Position numbers and translations under genes: made by a program. Shown one piece after another: positions 39,054-48,136 of a DNA stretch of 57,617 bases. Where the stretch lies: IMG/VR virus record IMGVR_UViG_3300046011_006126, positions 1-57,617 of that record; one strand, written 5' to 3'. Position 1 is the first letter of the stretch. Every line of letters begins with the position of its first letter. A model generated the notes under the pieces. It was given only the letters and a program-made list of their open reading frames with translations. It ran no database searches and was not told the origin of the DNA. The DNA comes from a virus (lineage: Duplodnaviria > Caudoviricetes).

Positions 39054-40628
39054 CTACCTGGCCATTCCAGATCCAGTTCGCTTTAGTCGTGCCTGTCCAC
39101 TATTGCCGGCTAAATTAATCCCAGCCTCTACTGTTTGCGCCCATTGTCTGAAAGCATCGGCACCGTGCGCATTATCATCACTGACTTCTTGGTCACTCCA
39201 ACAGCCTAGCGTTTTATTCCATCGCTTTCTGTAGTTCTCCAACCGCTTAATGCCTTGACTACAGCCATCCTCGTCAAACCAGGCTTGTGCCAGGTGCATG
39301 CGGGTCTGCTCGATGCCGGCCTGTAAGTTGGTAATCCTTGGTACCACTACAAAAGTATGACCAGGCAATAACGCTTCCAGCATTTCTTTGATGCTTTTAT
39401 TGGTGTCCGGTGTTTCGCCAATGCGCTTATGATCGGATTCGTGCGGTATGTAGTGAGTGCCATACGTGTAACCACGCTCAACAGCCATCCTTTGCAAGTA
39501 ATTAGTGTAATGAATCAAATCCTCCAGGCTGCTCTCGTAGTAATTCAGAAATCGATGCTGCATCGTGGCGTACTGATGAAACCATATCGATGTCATATCG
39601 CCGCGGCCAATATCCCAAAACGTGTTGATTGGTACAGGTACTCTCGGAATGCCGCGGATAATCCTGCCGCTGGTCCTGACTTTGGCCATCTGTTCGGAAT
39701 ACCAGCACCCATCAGTAGACACTTGAAACGCTTCTGCCGGGTAACTTGGGTACTCTTGCCACATCTTTGTGGGATCGCCCGAGTAATCCGCTTCCCGCGT
39801 GGCGACATACCAGGCTTTCTTTTCAGGCGATAGCGTGCGGCCTATCTTGTTTTCAACGTCTGCAAAATACTTCCGATCCGACTCTGTGAGCAAAACATGC
39901 TTTGGATCAAGCTCGTAACCCGATTCCTCCCACCATGGAAAAAAATGGAATCGATAATCGCGCTGCGTCAGATTGGTTTTTGCCTCGTCCATCTTCATGG
40001 ACCGCTGAGTAATCTTGTAATACTCACCATCCTGGCCTTCAGCAGTTGATTCGATGATGATGATGCCGGTTTTGGGTACCGCTGGAATGGAGCCGGTAAC
40101 AACCTCGACCGCTTTATCGGGATACTTTGCGCTGATTTTGCCAAACTCTGAGATATGCAGCCGGTGTATCGTGCCAGATCGCATTGAAGTGGCAACCCTG
40201 ATCGATGCGCCGTTATGCGCAAACTCAAGCTCTGATGCGTTTGCCCTGGCCAGTGGAAACTTGGCCTTTAAAAAGTCAGGTAAATTGTTGTATGCAAACT
40301 GGACCTTGCCGCGGAAAATCTTTTCTGCCGCTTCCTTGTCTTGAGCAATGATGCCGCATTGAATGGGTGATTTGCTGAACAGCGCGGTATCTAGCCACAG
40401 GATTGCAACTAATGTGGTGAATCCAAGTTGCCTAGCTTTCAGTATGTTGTTGCGATACCAGATGCGTTTAAGTAGCTTACGCTGCGCACGGTTGGGGATG
40501 AAATCAACCACAAGCCCTTCGTCGTCGTCATCATCGCCCTTGGTAATAATCTTGTAGATGACGCCCGATGCGATGCGCCACATGGGATCGCTGAGCTTTT
40601 CTAGTATCTCGTCTTCAGTCAGGGTCAT
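39054..40628 (-). CDS. terL: Terminase large subunit
   Basis: LKARQLGFTT Walker A, LHISEFG Walker B, IESTAEG motif III, WDIG..D..SIW nuclease, H.ADAFR. Confidence 0.96.
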   Translation of the reverse strand: MTLTEDEILEKLSDPMWRIASGVIYKIITKGDDDDDEGLVVDFIPNRAQRKLLKRIWYRNNILKARQLGFTTLVAILWLDTALFSKSPIQCGIIAQDKEAAEKIFRGKVQFAYNNLPDFLKAKFPLARANASELEFAHNGASIRVATSMRSGTIHRLHISEFGKISAKYPDKAVEVVTGSIPAVPKTGIIIIESTAEGQDGEYYKITQRSMKMDEAKTNLTQRDYRFHFFPWWEESGYELDPKHVLLTESDRKYFADVENKIGRTLSPEKKAWYVATREADYSGDPTKMWQEYPSYPAEAFQVSTDGCWYSEQMAKVRTSGRIIRGIPRVPVPINTFWDIGRGDMTSIWFHQYATMQHRFLNYYESSLEDLIHYTNYLQRMAVERGYTYGTHYIPHESDHKRIGETPDTNKSIKEMLEALLPGHTFVVVPRITNLQAGIEQTRMHLAQAWFDEDGCSQGIKRLENYRKRWNKTLGCWSDQEVSDDNAHGADAFRQWAQTVEAGINLAGNSGQARLKRTGSGMAR

Positions 40629-41148
40629 GAGTCACGCCGACTACCTTGCCTGTCACTCGCTCCAGAAACGCATCTTTGCTTGTGTCGTCGGCCTGGTCCT
40701 TGCCTTTGTTTGCCGCCAGTAGATTGAACGCTGGAATAGCGGCTTTATTACCAACGTCCGTGAGCCTTGCAATATTCAAAAGATCCTCTGCATCTGGATT
40801 ATCATCATCTAGCAATTGCGCCTGTTGGTTGGCAATGCCTGCTAGACGGTGAAATGTCATCGCACCATATCTAGCCCCATGCCCGACATGATTACTGATA
40901 GAAAGCAATGTACCTGCTAAATCAAGTGCGTCAATTTGTTGCGCTTTTGTTGCGGCACGTAAATTTTGCTCAACGCTAACTATTTGATTTGCTAACTCCT
41001 TTACGACCTTATTGTGTTGCGAAAATCTGCGCGTTATCTGGCTACGATGAATTTTAAAATCCTTTGCAATGGAGTTTGCTGATTCGCCAGCATCCAGCCT
41101 TTCCTTAATCTTGCTCCATTGCTTACTTGTCAGCTTTTCACTAGCCAT
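40615..41148 (-). CDS. terS: Terminase small subunit
   Basis: N-terminal HTH (GESANSIAKDFKIHRSQI), directly upstream of terL. Confidence 0.7.
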   Translation of the reverse strand: MASEKLTSKQWSKIKERLDAGESANSIAKDFKIHRSQITRRFSQHNKVVKELANQIVSVEQNLRAATKAQQIDALDLAGTLLSISNHVGHGARYGAMTFHRLAGIANQQAQLLDDDNPDAEDLLNIARLTDVGNKAAIPAFNLLAANKGKDQADDTSKDAFLERVTGKVVGVTHDPD

Positions 41149-41470
41149 TTTTAGAACCCTTAGCCAGTCTGTAGATAAGATACAGCGGCGACCTTTTGTC
41201 CAGCCCGGACACCGCTTCTATTTTCCCCTCGGTTTTCAGATAAAACAGGGACCAATCAATAAGCTTTGGATTGCAATCATCCAGCTTATTGACCAGTTCT
41301 GATCGCGTGACCGAGCGTGGATCTGCATCGGTTATGATGGCGAGAACCTTTGTTGTGCAACTGCCTTCTTTGATTTCGCCCTTATGATAGTTTCGCTCAG
41401 GTCTGCGGCGACTGTATCCCCTGCCGCGACTGCCCTCTATACGCTTCATAAACAGCAAAATATCTTTCAT
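41141..41470 (-). CDS. Winged-helix-like DNA-binding protein (candidate late regulator)
   Basis: TRSELVNKL...IDWSLFYLKTEGKIE..LYLIYRL pattern. Confidence 0.55.
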   Translation of the reverse strand: MKDILLFMKRIEGSRGRGYSRRRPERNYHKGEIKEGSCTTKVLAIITDADPRSVTRSELVNKLDDCNPKLIDWSLFYLKTEGKIEAVSGLDKRSPLYLIYRLAKGSKNG

Positions 41471-41661
41471 TTTCCGTCCGACTCAAGCTCTAACAGTTTG
41501 ATTGCGTCATAAATGGCTTTTGATAGCTCATGCCACGATGCCGCCGTATGTATGCCGCTTTTTAACGTTATTTCTGCCGTTACTTCATCACTCGCTCTGA
41601 CGATAGCTGCACATTCAAACATATCATCTTCAATACAGACTTCAGTTACATAGCTCTTCAC
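41467..41661 (-). CDS. Hypothetical protein
   Basis: 64 aa, coupled by 4-nt overlaps on both sides. Confidence 0.6.
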   Translation of the reverse strand: MKSYVTEVCIEDDMFECAAIVRASDEVTAEITLKSGIHTAASWHELSKAIYDAIKLLELESDGK

Positions 41662-42119
41662 TTGATAATCTTCCCCTGACTGTCGTAAATAAATATGCCA
41701 ACACCCGCTTCAACAAACATCTTTGCCGATACCTCCTGGCTTTCAAACCATTCGCTATTTGTGGTGGATGGGTCCATTAGTGGCGCATAAACTCGCTTGA
41801 TACCTGATTGGATTATTAATCCAGCGCACGATGAGCATGGAAATCGCTCTGTAATAATGATGCTTGCGCCCTTTAATCGTGCGCCGGTCCTTGCTGCCTG
41901 GGCGATAGCATTGGCCTCTGCATGAACAACAAACAATAACTTTATTCCTCTGTTTGTTAGTCTATGCTCAGCATCCATTACGCCACGCGGGAAACCATTC
42001 CAGCCCGATGACAACAGGTTTCCATCGTCATCTATTATCAGTGCTGCAAGTTTAACGGCTGGGTCTTTTGATAACTCAGCCATTGCCCGTGCTACCGGAA
42101 GAAATTTAAGCAAATCCAT
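41658..42119 (-). CDS. dCMP deaminase
   Basis: SKDP, GWNGFPRG, HAEANAI, PCSSC zinc motifs. Confidence 0.92.
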   Translation of the reverse strand: MDLLKFLPVARAMAELSKDPAVKLAALIIDDDGNLLSSGWNGFPRGVMDAEHRLTNRGIKLLFVVHAEANAIAQAARTGARLKGASIIITERFPCSSCAGLIIQSGIKRVYAPLMDPSTTNSEWFESQEVSAKMFVEAGVGIFIYDSQGKIIK

Positions 42120-42472
42120 TACTGCTTATCTGCTCTTGCCTGTGCAGCTTTGTCGCTATATGTCGCGCCATATCTAACACTCAGTTTTGCGATATTGTGA
42201 GCAAGCACTTCTTCACGAGTAACGCCAACACCTTGGCGCAAGCCTTCCATGTAAAATTCTAGGTCGCCCAGTTCTTCTATGACATTTTCACGATCTAGTG
42301 GCTTGTTGTAGATGGCCGCTTTCTTAACAGCATCCAGCAACTCCCCTGCCTCACCAGCAACGCCCACAGCCATGTGTAAGTTATGCGCCATTTCAGGAGA
42401 AAGTGATTCGACTATTGCAGTTCCAGGTTTAGCCAGTGCTGCCACCATATCTGCATGATTTACGTGTTTCAT
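42119..42472 (-). CDS. MazG-like NTP pyrophosphohydrolase
   Basis: GEAGELLDAVKK, EELGDL.FY, NI.KL..RY. Confidence 0.92.
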   Translation of the reverse strand: MKHVNHADMVAALAKPGTAIVESLSPEMAHNLHMAVGVAGEAGELLDAVKKAAIYNKPLDRENVIEELGDLEFYMEGLRQGVGVTREEVLAHNIAKLSVRYGATYSDKAAQARADKQ

Positions 42473-42858
42473 TATTTACCCTTCCCGTTTAGTTGATTTA
42501 CTACTAACTGTGCATAACCAGCGATATCAACCCAGCTATCATCATAATTAGGATCGCCATTAAGGATTCGACCTATCTTGTGAGCTATCATTTCAAGTGC
42601 TTCCTTGTGTGATGAGGATAAATCGTTCCAGTTACCATCATTCATAGCTGATTTTATGTTTTGCGTTATTCTTGCGTGACCATCAAACGGCCCGTAGCGA
42701 TTACCACGTTCTTTCAAGATTGCTTCAATACCGCTTGCCTGATTCATTGCCTTGGCATGGTCTTTAACCATAATTTCTTCTAATTCGTCTTGTGTTCTAT
42801 ACATGTAATCTCTCAATTGTTTTGGAAGTGACCAAAGATTAATCAGCCCGAATTGCAT
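42472..42858 (-). CDS. DUF6378-like protein
   Basis: L.ERG.RYG, KIGRI.NGD...DSW.DIAGYA.L. Confidence 0.85.
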   Translation of the reverse strand: MQFGLINLWSLPKQLRDYMYRTQDELEEIMVKDHAKAMNQASGIEAILKERGNRYGPFDGHARITQNIKSAMNDGNWNDLSSSHKEALEMIAHKIGRILNGDPNYDDSWVDIAGYAQLVVNQLNGKGK

Positions 42859-43048
42859 ACTGTTCCCATGCTGCCGCCCTTGCCTCCTCGTTTGTCATAC
42901 CATCGCTATAATTACGCCCGCAAACCATAATAAAAGCCTCTTCCTGCACATCATCAGGCATTGGTAGCCCATTTGCTTTGCATTGGTTGCGTAGGTACTG
43001 AATATCTACTGCACTGGGTTCCAAGTAACTCACCAGTACACCCTGCAT
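42839..43048 (-). CDS. Hypothetical protein
   Basis: 69 aa in tightly packed operon. Confidence 0.55.
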   Translation of the reverse strand: MQGVLVSYLEPSAVDIQYLRNQCKANGLPMPDDVQEEAFIMVCGRNYSDGMTNEEARAAAWEQYAIRAD

Positions 43049-43221
43049 GTAAGTTTTGAACCGTCGATGAATTGATATTCAGCAGCGCCAATGCTTTGAC
43101 TGTTTGAATATAAACTTAGTAAAACGGTTCTTTTTAAATAATACTTTTCACAAAACATCAATCTTGCATGAGATAACGGCTTCGTACTTCTTTTAATCTG
43201 TTCTGCTACTGTCACAAACAC
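43030..43221 (-). CDS. Hypothetical protein
   Basis: 63 aa, GAGG upstream, tightly packed. Confidence 0.55.
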   Translation of the reverse strand: MFVTVAEQIKRSTKPLSHARLMFCEKYYLKRTVLLSLYSNSQSIGAAEYQFIDGSKLTCRVYW

Positions 43222-43364
43222 CCCTCTAATATCTTATCTATACGTTTATCAACAGCCTTACAGCCCTTTACAAGCTGACCAGCCACCCAAGCCACACCCA
43301 TCACCAGCATAATGAACAGTGCAGCTATAAATGCGGTTGTTGTGAATGTGTAGCCTTGTGTCAT
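43212..43364 (-). CDS. Small single-TM protein (50 aa)
   Basis: MTQGYTFTTTAFIAALFIMLVMGVAWVAGQLVKGCKAVDKRIDKILEGCL fills the gap exactly. Confidence 0.6.
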   Translation of the reverse strand: MTQGYTFTTTAFIAALFIMLVMGVAWVAGQLVKGCKAVDKRIDKILEGCL

Positions 43365-43367
43365 GGA

Positions 43368-43541
43368 TCACTCGCTATAAGATTGTGGCGAGTTATTGGT
43401 TCGCCCTTGTTTAGTTTCGTAACGAGTGCTTGGCACTACTCGAACCTCTTTCATGTTTACCTTCGCATTGCCGTGGATACACACATTTTCGGTTTCGCTG
43501 ACTCTGCCGCAATAGGGGCATTTGTATTGTGTTTTGGTCAT
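43368..43541 (-). CDS. Small zinc-ribbon protein
   Basis: YKCPYCG...C.H; ATGA-coupled to upstream gene. Confidence 0.55.
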   Translation of the reverse strand: MTKTQYKCPYCGRVSETENVCIHGNAKVNMKEVRVVPSTRYETKQGRTNNSPQSYSE

Positions 43542-43996
43542 GCGTTTAATCCCTCTCCATGCTCTTTGTGCCAATTCCTATGACACTGATCGCACAACCA
43601 TCTAACATTCAACTCCATACTGTAATCATCATGATGACCATGTATTCTGCAATTTGATTTTCCGCACGATTGACAGTTTTGAGGCTTAATTAGCTTTCCG
43701 CTTCTTACTGCATTATTTACAGAATTTACAGCAGTTCTTTTTACTGGGTTTCTTTGCGTCCAAGCAATCTTTGCCCTGTTGTGTGACAAGTGTCCAGATT
43801 CTGTTTTGCTATAAATATTTCTAGCCTCTACCCTATGCGGAAGATTTGCGCGGCCTCTTTCATACTCCCTGTAATAGTCAGCTCTTGCTACCCTATTTGC
43901 TCTAACGTCCTTGCAAGTACATTCCTTGCACTTTTTGCAACCACGATAAAATTCACTCTCAGGTTTTTCGATTTCACATTTTCGGCAAATCATCAC
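43538..43996 (-). CDS. Zinc-binding HNH-like endonuclease
   Basis: CRKC..EK...EFY, CKEC, CQSCG...HGHHDDY....VRWLC..CH..WH. Confidence 0.75.
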   Translation of the reverse strand: MMICRKCEIEKPESEFYRGCKKCKECTCKDVRANRVARADYYREYERGRANLPHRVEARNIYSKTESGHLSHNRAKIAWTQRNPVKRTAVNSVNNAVRSGKLIKPQNCQSCGKSNCRIHGHHDDYSMELNVRWLCDQCHRNWHKEHGEGLNA

Positions 43997-44003
43997 TAAT
44001 TAC

Positions 44004-44441
44004 TCAGAAAGGTATCGTGTCATCGAAGTCTGGATAGGTGTCTGGCGCTGTGCCGGATGCTTGTGGCGCTGCTGCTTGACCGCCCTGGTATGCGCCAGGA
44101 TCGCCGCCTGTTGCGCTGCGAGTGTCCAGCATGTGCAACTGCTCACCAATAATCCCGGTGCTGTACATATCAACACCGTCTTTTTGATACTTGTTAGTTT
44201 TAATCCGCCCTTCGATATACACCTGACTGCCTTTTTTCAGATAGTCGCCGCAGACTTTGGCAATCGCACCGAAGAACGTTACCCGGTGAAACTCAACATC
44301 TTCTTGTTTCTGCCCTGACTTATCTTTCCATCTGCGATTTGTAGCAACACTCATAGTTGCTATTGGGTCGCCTGACGGCATATAACGAATTTCCGGTTCC
44401 GCACATAGCCGACCTATTAACAAGACCTTATTTAGCGACAT
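44004..44441 (-). CDS. ssb: Single-stranded DNA-binding protein
   Basis: [26 protein letters not shown], acidic tail ending DDTIPF. Confidence 0.97.
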   Translation of the reverse strand: MSLNKVLLIGRLCAEPEIRYMPSGDPIATMSVATNRRWKDKSGQKQEDVEFHRVTFFGAIAKVCGDYLKKGSQVYIEGRIKTNKYQKDGVDMYSTGIIGEQLHMLDTRSATGGDPGAYQGGQAAAPQASGTAPDTYPDFDDTIPF

Positions 44442-44916
44442 TTCTTCTCCTTATTCCTGCGTTAATTGCAATGTATCCAGCGTGCTGCTTAACAATATTG
44501 AAGTCTTTTGCAATGACCTCATAAGCCTCGCCATTAGCTGCTCGCTGTACTATTAATTTTTTATCAATTTCAGATAGCTTTGTTATTGGAAGTCTGAAAC
44601 CTTTGGCTTGCCTGTCTTTCAATACTGCGTCCTGCATGTTTTCAAGCCTTGTTCCTGCAAACAAATGACGAGGATTGCAGCAAGTCCTGTTATCGCATTC
44701 ATGGCAAACATCTAGCCCTTCCGGAATTTCCCCGTTAAAAGCCGAGAATGCCAATCTATGCACATACCAACTCTTTCTAAATGCAGTCGTTCTGCAATAT
44801 CCGTTTTCTCTTGGATTTCCAGGCCAGTTCCAGCACCCGGTTTTCAGATCAATAACAACCCTGGCCACCAATCTGGTTTTTATTTCCGATTTTTGGCTAT
44901 CTGTAAGCACTGACAC
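44428..44916 (-). CDS. HNH homing endonuclease
   Basis: [30 protein letters not shown]. Confidence 0.9.
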   Translation of the reverse strand: MSVLTDSQKSEIKTRLVARVVIDLKTGCWNWPGNPRENGYCRTTAFRKSWYVHRLAFSAFNGEIPEGLDVCHECDNRTCCNPRHLFAGTRLENMQDAVLKDRQAKGFRLPITKLSEIDKKLIVQRAANGEAYEVIAKDFNIVKQHAGYIAINAGIRRRNVAK

Positions 44917-44926
44917 TCCCCTTGGG

Positions 44927-45325
44927 TTAAACTTCTTTAATGCGTATGCCGTGGAACCACAGCATCATTTTTCGCTTGTTGATGTAATCCCGAGTCTTTA
45001 CCCCTTTTGAATCCTCAACAACCTCTTTGCCATCGATCTTGTAGACAAAATCAGCAATGTATTTCAGCGGCAGCTCAGCAACCTTCCCGTCAATTCTCTG
45101 TGTCGGGATCAGCACGTAAGGCACTTGCAGCCTCAAATCTGTTATTTCACCCTTGCCCAAGCGCCAGCGCAGATACAGGTACCGGTCATACTCACGCTTG
45201 CTATCAAACTTGATGCCATCAACGACCGTCTTGACGTTGTGGTATTTGTTCTTTTTCTCTGTTTCTGGATCTTTTAGCTTTACTGGCTTCATTAACGCCA
45301 ACCTCTTGCCTTGCGCCGTCTGCAT
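44927..45325 (-). CDS. DUF1064 PD-(D/E)xK nuclease
   Basis: [33 protein letters not shown]. Confidence 0.9.
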   Translation of the reverse strand: MQTAQGKRLALMKPVKLKDPETEKKNKYHNVKTVVDGIKFDSKREYDRYLYLRWRLGKGEITDLRLQVPYVLIPTQRIDGKVAELPLKYIADFVYKIDGKEVVEDSKGVKTRDYINKRKMMLWFHGIRIKEV

Positions 45326-45480
45326 TTCGATTTATATTTTTCTCGCACGTTAATGTAGGGCTTCAAATCGCCGGCATCACGATAGCTTTCAATAATCATT
45401 GGTTCGCTTGTGGCTTGACTTACGCCAACGCCAGATAGCGCCAGGAGTGCCGCAAACGATAACCGCCTAACTGTTCTCAT
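45292..45480 (-). CDS. Hypothetical protein
   Basis: 62 aa, hydrophobic N-terminus, basic C-terminus, coupled. Confidence 0.55.
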   Translation of the reverse strand: MRTVRRLSFAALLALSGVGVSQATSEPMIIESYRDAGDLKPYINVREKYKSKCRRRKARGWR

Positions 45481-45761
45481 AACTTAGCCACTCGCTTAAA
45501 AACCTCGCCAACGGTCCAATTCAGCATCTTCATTTCGCCAGTCTTGTAGATCCGCAGCATGGTTTTATCGCCATGCACGCCTTTGTCACCTCGATGACAT
45601 GGCACGCACAACGGTATAACGCTGAAATCGCCGGCCCTCATTGCTGCGCCCTGTTCCTCTCTGGCGTGATGCAACTCAACGCCAGCCGCATCGCCGCAGC
45701 ACGCACAGGGCAGAGTTGCAACGATGTTCATGTAAGCCTGCTCGGCTTTGGTTTTGCTCAT
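45477..45761 (-). CDS. Ref/DUF968-like zinc-binding nuclease
   Basis: LPCACCG, ELHH, VIPLC..CHRG..GVHG; probable start MSKTK. Confidence 0.8.
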   Translation of the reverse strand: MSKTKAEQAYMNIVATLPCACCGDAAGVELHHAREEQGAAMRAGDFSVIPLCVPCHRGDKGVHGDKTMLRIYKTGEMKMLNWTVGEVFKRVAKL

Positions 45762-46516
45762 GGCTCGTAACACTCGCATATCATTTCTGGCACGAGTGCA
45801 AACTCATCTTCAAACAATTCTTCGTTATTGATAATGTCTGCCCACCTGGCATTGATAGCCAAACCTTTAAGTTTTGTTAAGTTTGCGTTAGCCTCCATCG
45901 CCAATGCTCGCTGCATTAGCTCAGGATAATTTTTATTCAACTGCCTAATTTCTGTAGGCCTGCTCATTGGGCAGAAAAAACATGCTGATTTTCCAGGCAA
46001 ACACAATCCAGCGTTTTTGATTATTTCAATGCACATTTTGCGAGTGATGCCCCACTCAGCAAGTGGGTATTGATAATTGTATTTTTTATCTTCTCTCAGC
46101 TTTGATTTTGCAATTCTGTGTGTTTCAGTTGCGTCATAACCAATAAACTTTGTTAGCTTTCCTCCAGCCTTCCAAATAGCTTTAGCCTCTGGCAAATTGT
46201 TAAAATATTTATCCTGCGGCTGAATCTTGTATTTTTGGCTGCATGTTTTAAAGCCGTATGCGATGGATGGCAGCATTGACATTCTCAAGCAATTTTCTTC
46301 CAGCGTTTCACCGTTACCGGCTTTTTTTACAGTAACAATTTCAGGCAATCCATTTTCAATGCACCATTTTGAAAATGTTTTAACGTACTGGTATGTATGT
46401 GGCTTTTCTCCGCCAGTATCTGCAAACAAAATATGATCTATTTTCACGCCACGTTTGGCGCATTCAATAATCATGGCTGTTGAATCGGTTCCGCCACCGT
46501 ATGCGACTATATTCAC
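45758..46516 (-). CDS. PAPS reductase-like PP-loop protein
   Basis: AYGGGTDSTA PP-loop, FADTG.E, C....K..P, IGYD..E..R, YPL.EWG, KSAC.FCP. Confidence 0.85.
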   Translation of the reverse strand: MNIVAYGGGTDSTAMIIECAKRGVKIDHILFADTGGEKPHTYQYVKTFSKWCIENGLPEIVTVKKAGNGETLEENCLRMSMLPSIAYGFKTCSQKYKIQPQDKYFNNLPEAKAIWKAGGKLTKFIGYDATETHRIAKSKLREDKKYNYQYPLAEWGITRKMCIEIIKNAGLCLPGKSACFFCPMSRPTEIRQLNKNYPELMQRALAMEANANLTKLKGLAINARWADIINNEELFEDEFALVPEMICECYEP

Positions 46517-46549
46517 ATCACCCCCTTTTGATTTGGCTCGGCTTTGGTC

Positions 46550-46696
46550 TTACCCACGCAAGCAATACATTGACAAAAACAACCAAGTGAAGCGCCAACC
46601 TTTAATGCACTCGCCGCAATCGCAGCTCGTTGATCTAATCCAAGGAAATATTCTCCACTCGCATATGTGCATAAATTCAATTCTAAAAATCTTCAT
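46550..46696 (-). CDS. Possible small Cys/Trp-rich protein (48 aa)
   Basis: ATGA-coupled to antirepressor stop; MKIFRIEFMHICEW...CDCGECIKGWRF. Confidence 0.4.
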   Translation of the reverse strand: MKIFRIEFMHICEWRIFPWIRSTSCDCGECIKGWRFTWLFLSMYCLRG

Positions 46697-47388
46697 GCCG
46701 CATCACCCATGTCACGATCAAGCCACGCCAAATAGCGTGCTGATAGCCAAACTTTGCCGCGTGGCGTGACTCTTAGCGTGTAGCGATATTTGCCGCCATG
46801 CTCAACATCGGTAGGCTTCCAGGTAAAGAATCCGCGGTTGACGTATTGCTGATACGGCTCACGGCTTTCCATGATGATTCCCTGGTCGCGCATCCATTGG
46901 TAAAACTGTCTTTCACCTAGATCGATAATGTCGACCGACTTAACAAACTCACGGACCAGGATTTCCCCAGCTTTAATGCTGGCCTCATTGCTGGCTATAA
47001 TTAAGCTGTCTTTTTCAATGAGTCGCTTGTTTTGATCTTCAATGACAAGTGCCTGCTCGTAGGCCAGTTTTAGAGCTTCAGAGTATGACGTTGGAATTGC
47101 CGGTTTAATTTTGGTTTCAAGCTCCTGCCAACGATCCACCAGTCGAGCTGTGAACTCTGGTGACAACTGAGCAACCACAACATAACTATCCCGCTTGCTT
47201 AACAGGTAGACTCTGATTACCACGCCATTGGAGGATTTAGGCCCGTCCCCCACTGGGGGTTGGGATATAACGCCTCTTTCTACAAGTCTTTCAATGGATT
47301 GTTTAACTTTGTCATGCCTCGATTCAACCAACTCGGCTATCTCCAAGCTGGACATTGTTATGTTTTCAATTTTTATTAAATCACTCAT
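46693..47388 (-). CDS. Antirepressor, Rha-like N-terminus plus KilAC/ANT C-terminus
   Basis: TMSSLEIAEL...HD.V..SIERL, VAQLSPEFTA.LVDRW.ELE, P.SY.EAL, GER.F..W.R..G, VTP.G..WL. Confidence 0.9.
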   Translation of the reverse strand: MSDLIKIENITMSSLEIAELVESRHDKVKQSIERLVERGVISQPPVGDGPKSSNGVVIRVYLLSKRDSYVVVAQLSPEFTARLVDRWQELETKIKPAIPTSYSEALKLAYEQALVIEDQNKRLIEKDSLIIASNEASIKAGEILVREFVKSVDIIDLGERQFYQWMRDQGIIMESREPYQQYVNRGFFTWKPTDVEHGGKYRYTLRVTPRGKVWLSARYLAWLDRDMGDAA

Positions 47389-47849
47389 ACAAACCTCAAA
47401 ATTTGCTCAACTTGATAATCAATGTCATCCCTTGTGTATTTGCCGCCTAATATCTTTGCCAGGGCAACGTCGATTAAACGGTTGTACAAAACCTTGAAAT
47501 GTTCTTCATCCATTCTTGCAAATGACCAAGACATAGCTTTAAGCACAAGCGATCCGTCATACTTAAACGTGACTGTGTAGTACCCAGCCAAGATGGTCAT
47601 GTCCTCGCGTAGCCTCTCCATGTCTCGTGTAACCGGCTGGCCCCTGTGTTCGATGGTCGGTGTCTCCCATGCGTCGAAAACCACTTTCAACAGTGCAAAA
47701 GCTTTACGATGGAACATTGGGTTTCTTGGTCTACTGAAAACGGCTTTGTATTCTCCATTTGGCGATAACCCCTCAAACAACTCAGCATTGGCCGCGTCAA
47801 CCGGAGCAATGGTGTTGTAGAGTTTTCTCACCATGATTTCAGTTGCCAT
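47385..47849 (-). CDS. DUF1367/NinB-like protein
   Basis: RPRNP.FHRK.FALL, LR....ILAGYY, S.SFA.MDE..F..LY. Confidence 0.85.
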   Translation of the reverse strand: MATEIMVRKLYNTIAPVDAANAELFEGLSPNGEYKAVFSRPRNPMFHRKAFALLKVVFDAWETPTIEHRGQPVTRDMERLREDMTILAGYYTVTFKYDGSLVLKAMSWSFARMDEEHFKVLYNRLIDVALAKILGGKYTRDDIDYQVEQILRFV

Positions 47850-48136
47850 TACCGATACCCACCAGGCAACTGCCGCAATTTCCCATCGTAAAACTTACGT
47901 GCCGGCGTAGGTTCGCCTTGGTTAATCACTGTTTCGCCATTGATTTCGACCTTGATTGCCGCAGGTTTGCCGAATACAGCGTTAAAGTCAGTCATGAACT
48001 TTGCCAATACTGGATCGGTGCTTTGGATTTTTTCCCAGGCTGCTTTGCGTTGGTCTGCTGCCGCCTGTTTATCAGACGCTGAACGCTCCAAGCCCTTCTT
48101 GGCTAGTGCTTCGGCTCGTTGATCTAAATCAATCAT
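47849..48136 (-). CDS. Hypothetical protein
   Basis: Probable start MIDLDQR after GAGG, overlapping dnaB stop. Confidence 0.7.
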   Translation of the reverse strand: MIDLDQRAEALAKKGLERSASDKQAAADQRKAAWEKIQSTDPVLAKFMTDFNAVFGKPAAIKVEINGETVINQGEPTPARKFYDGKLRQLPGGYR

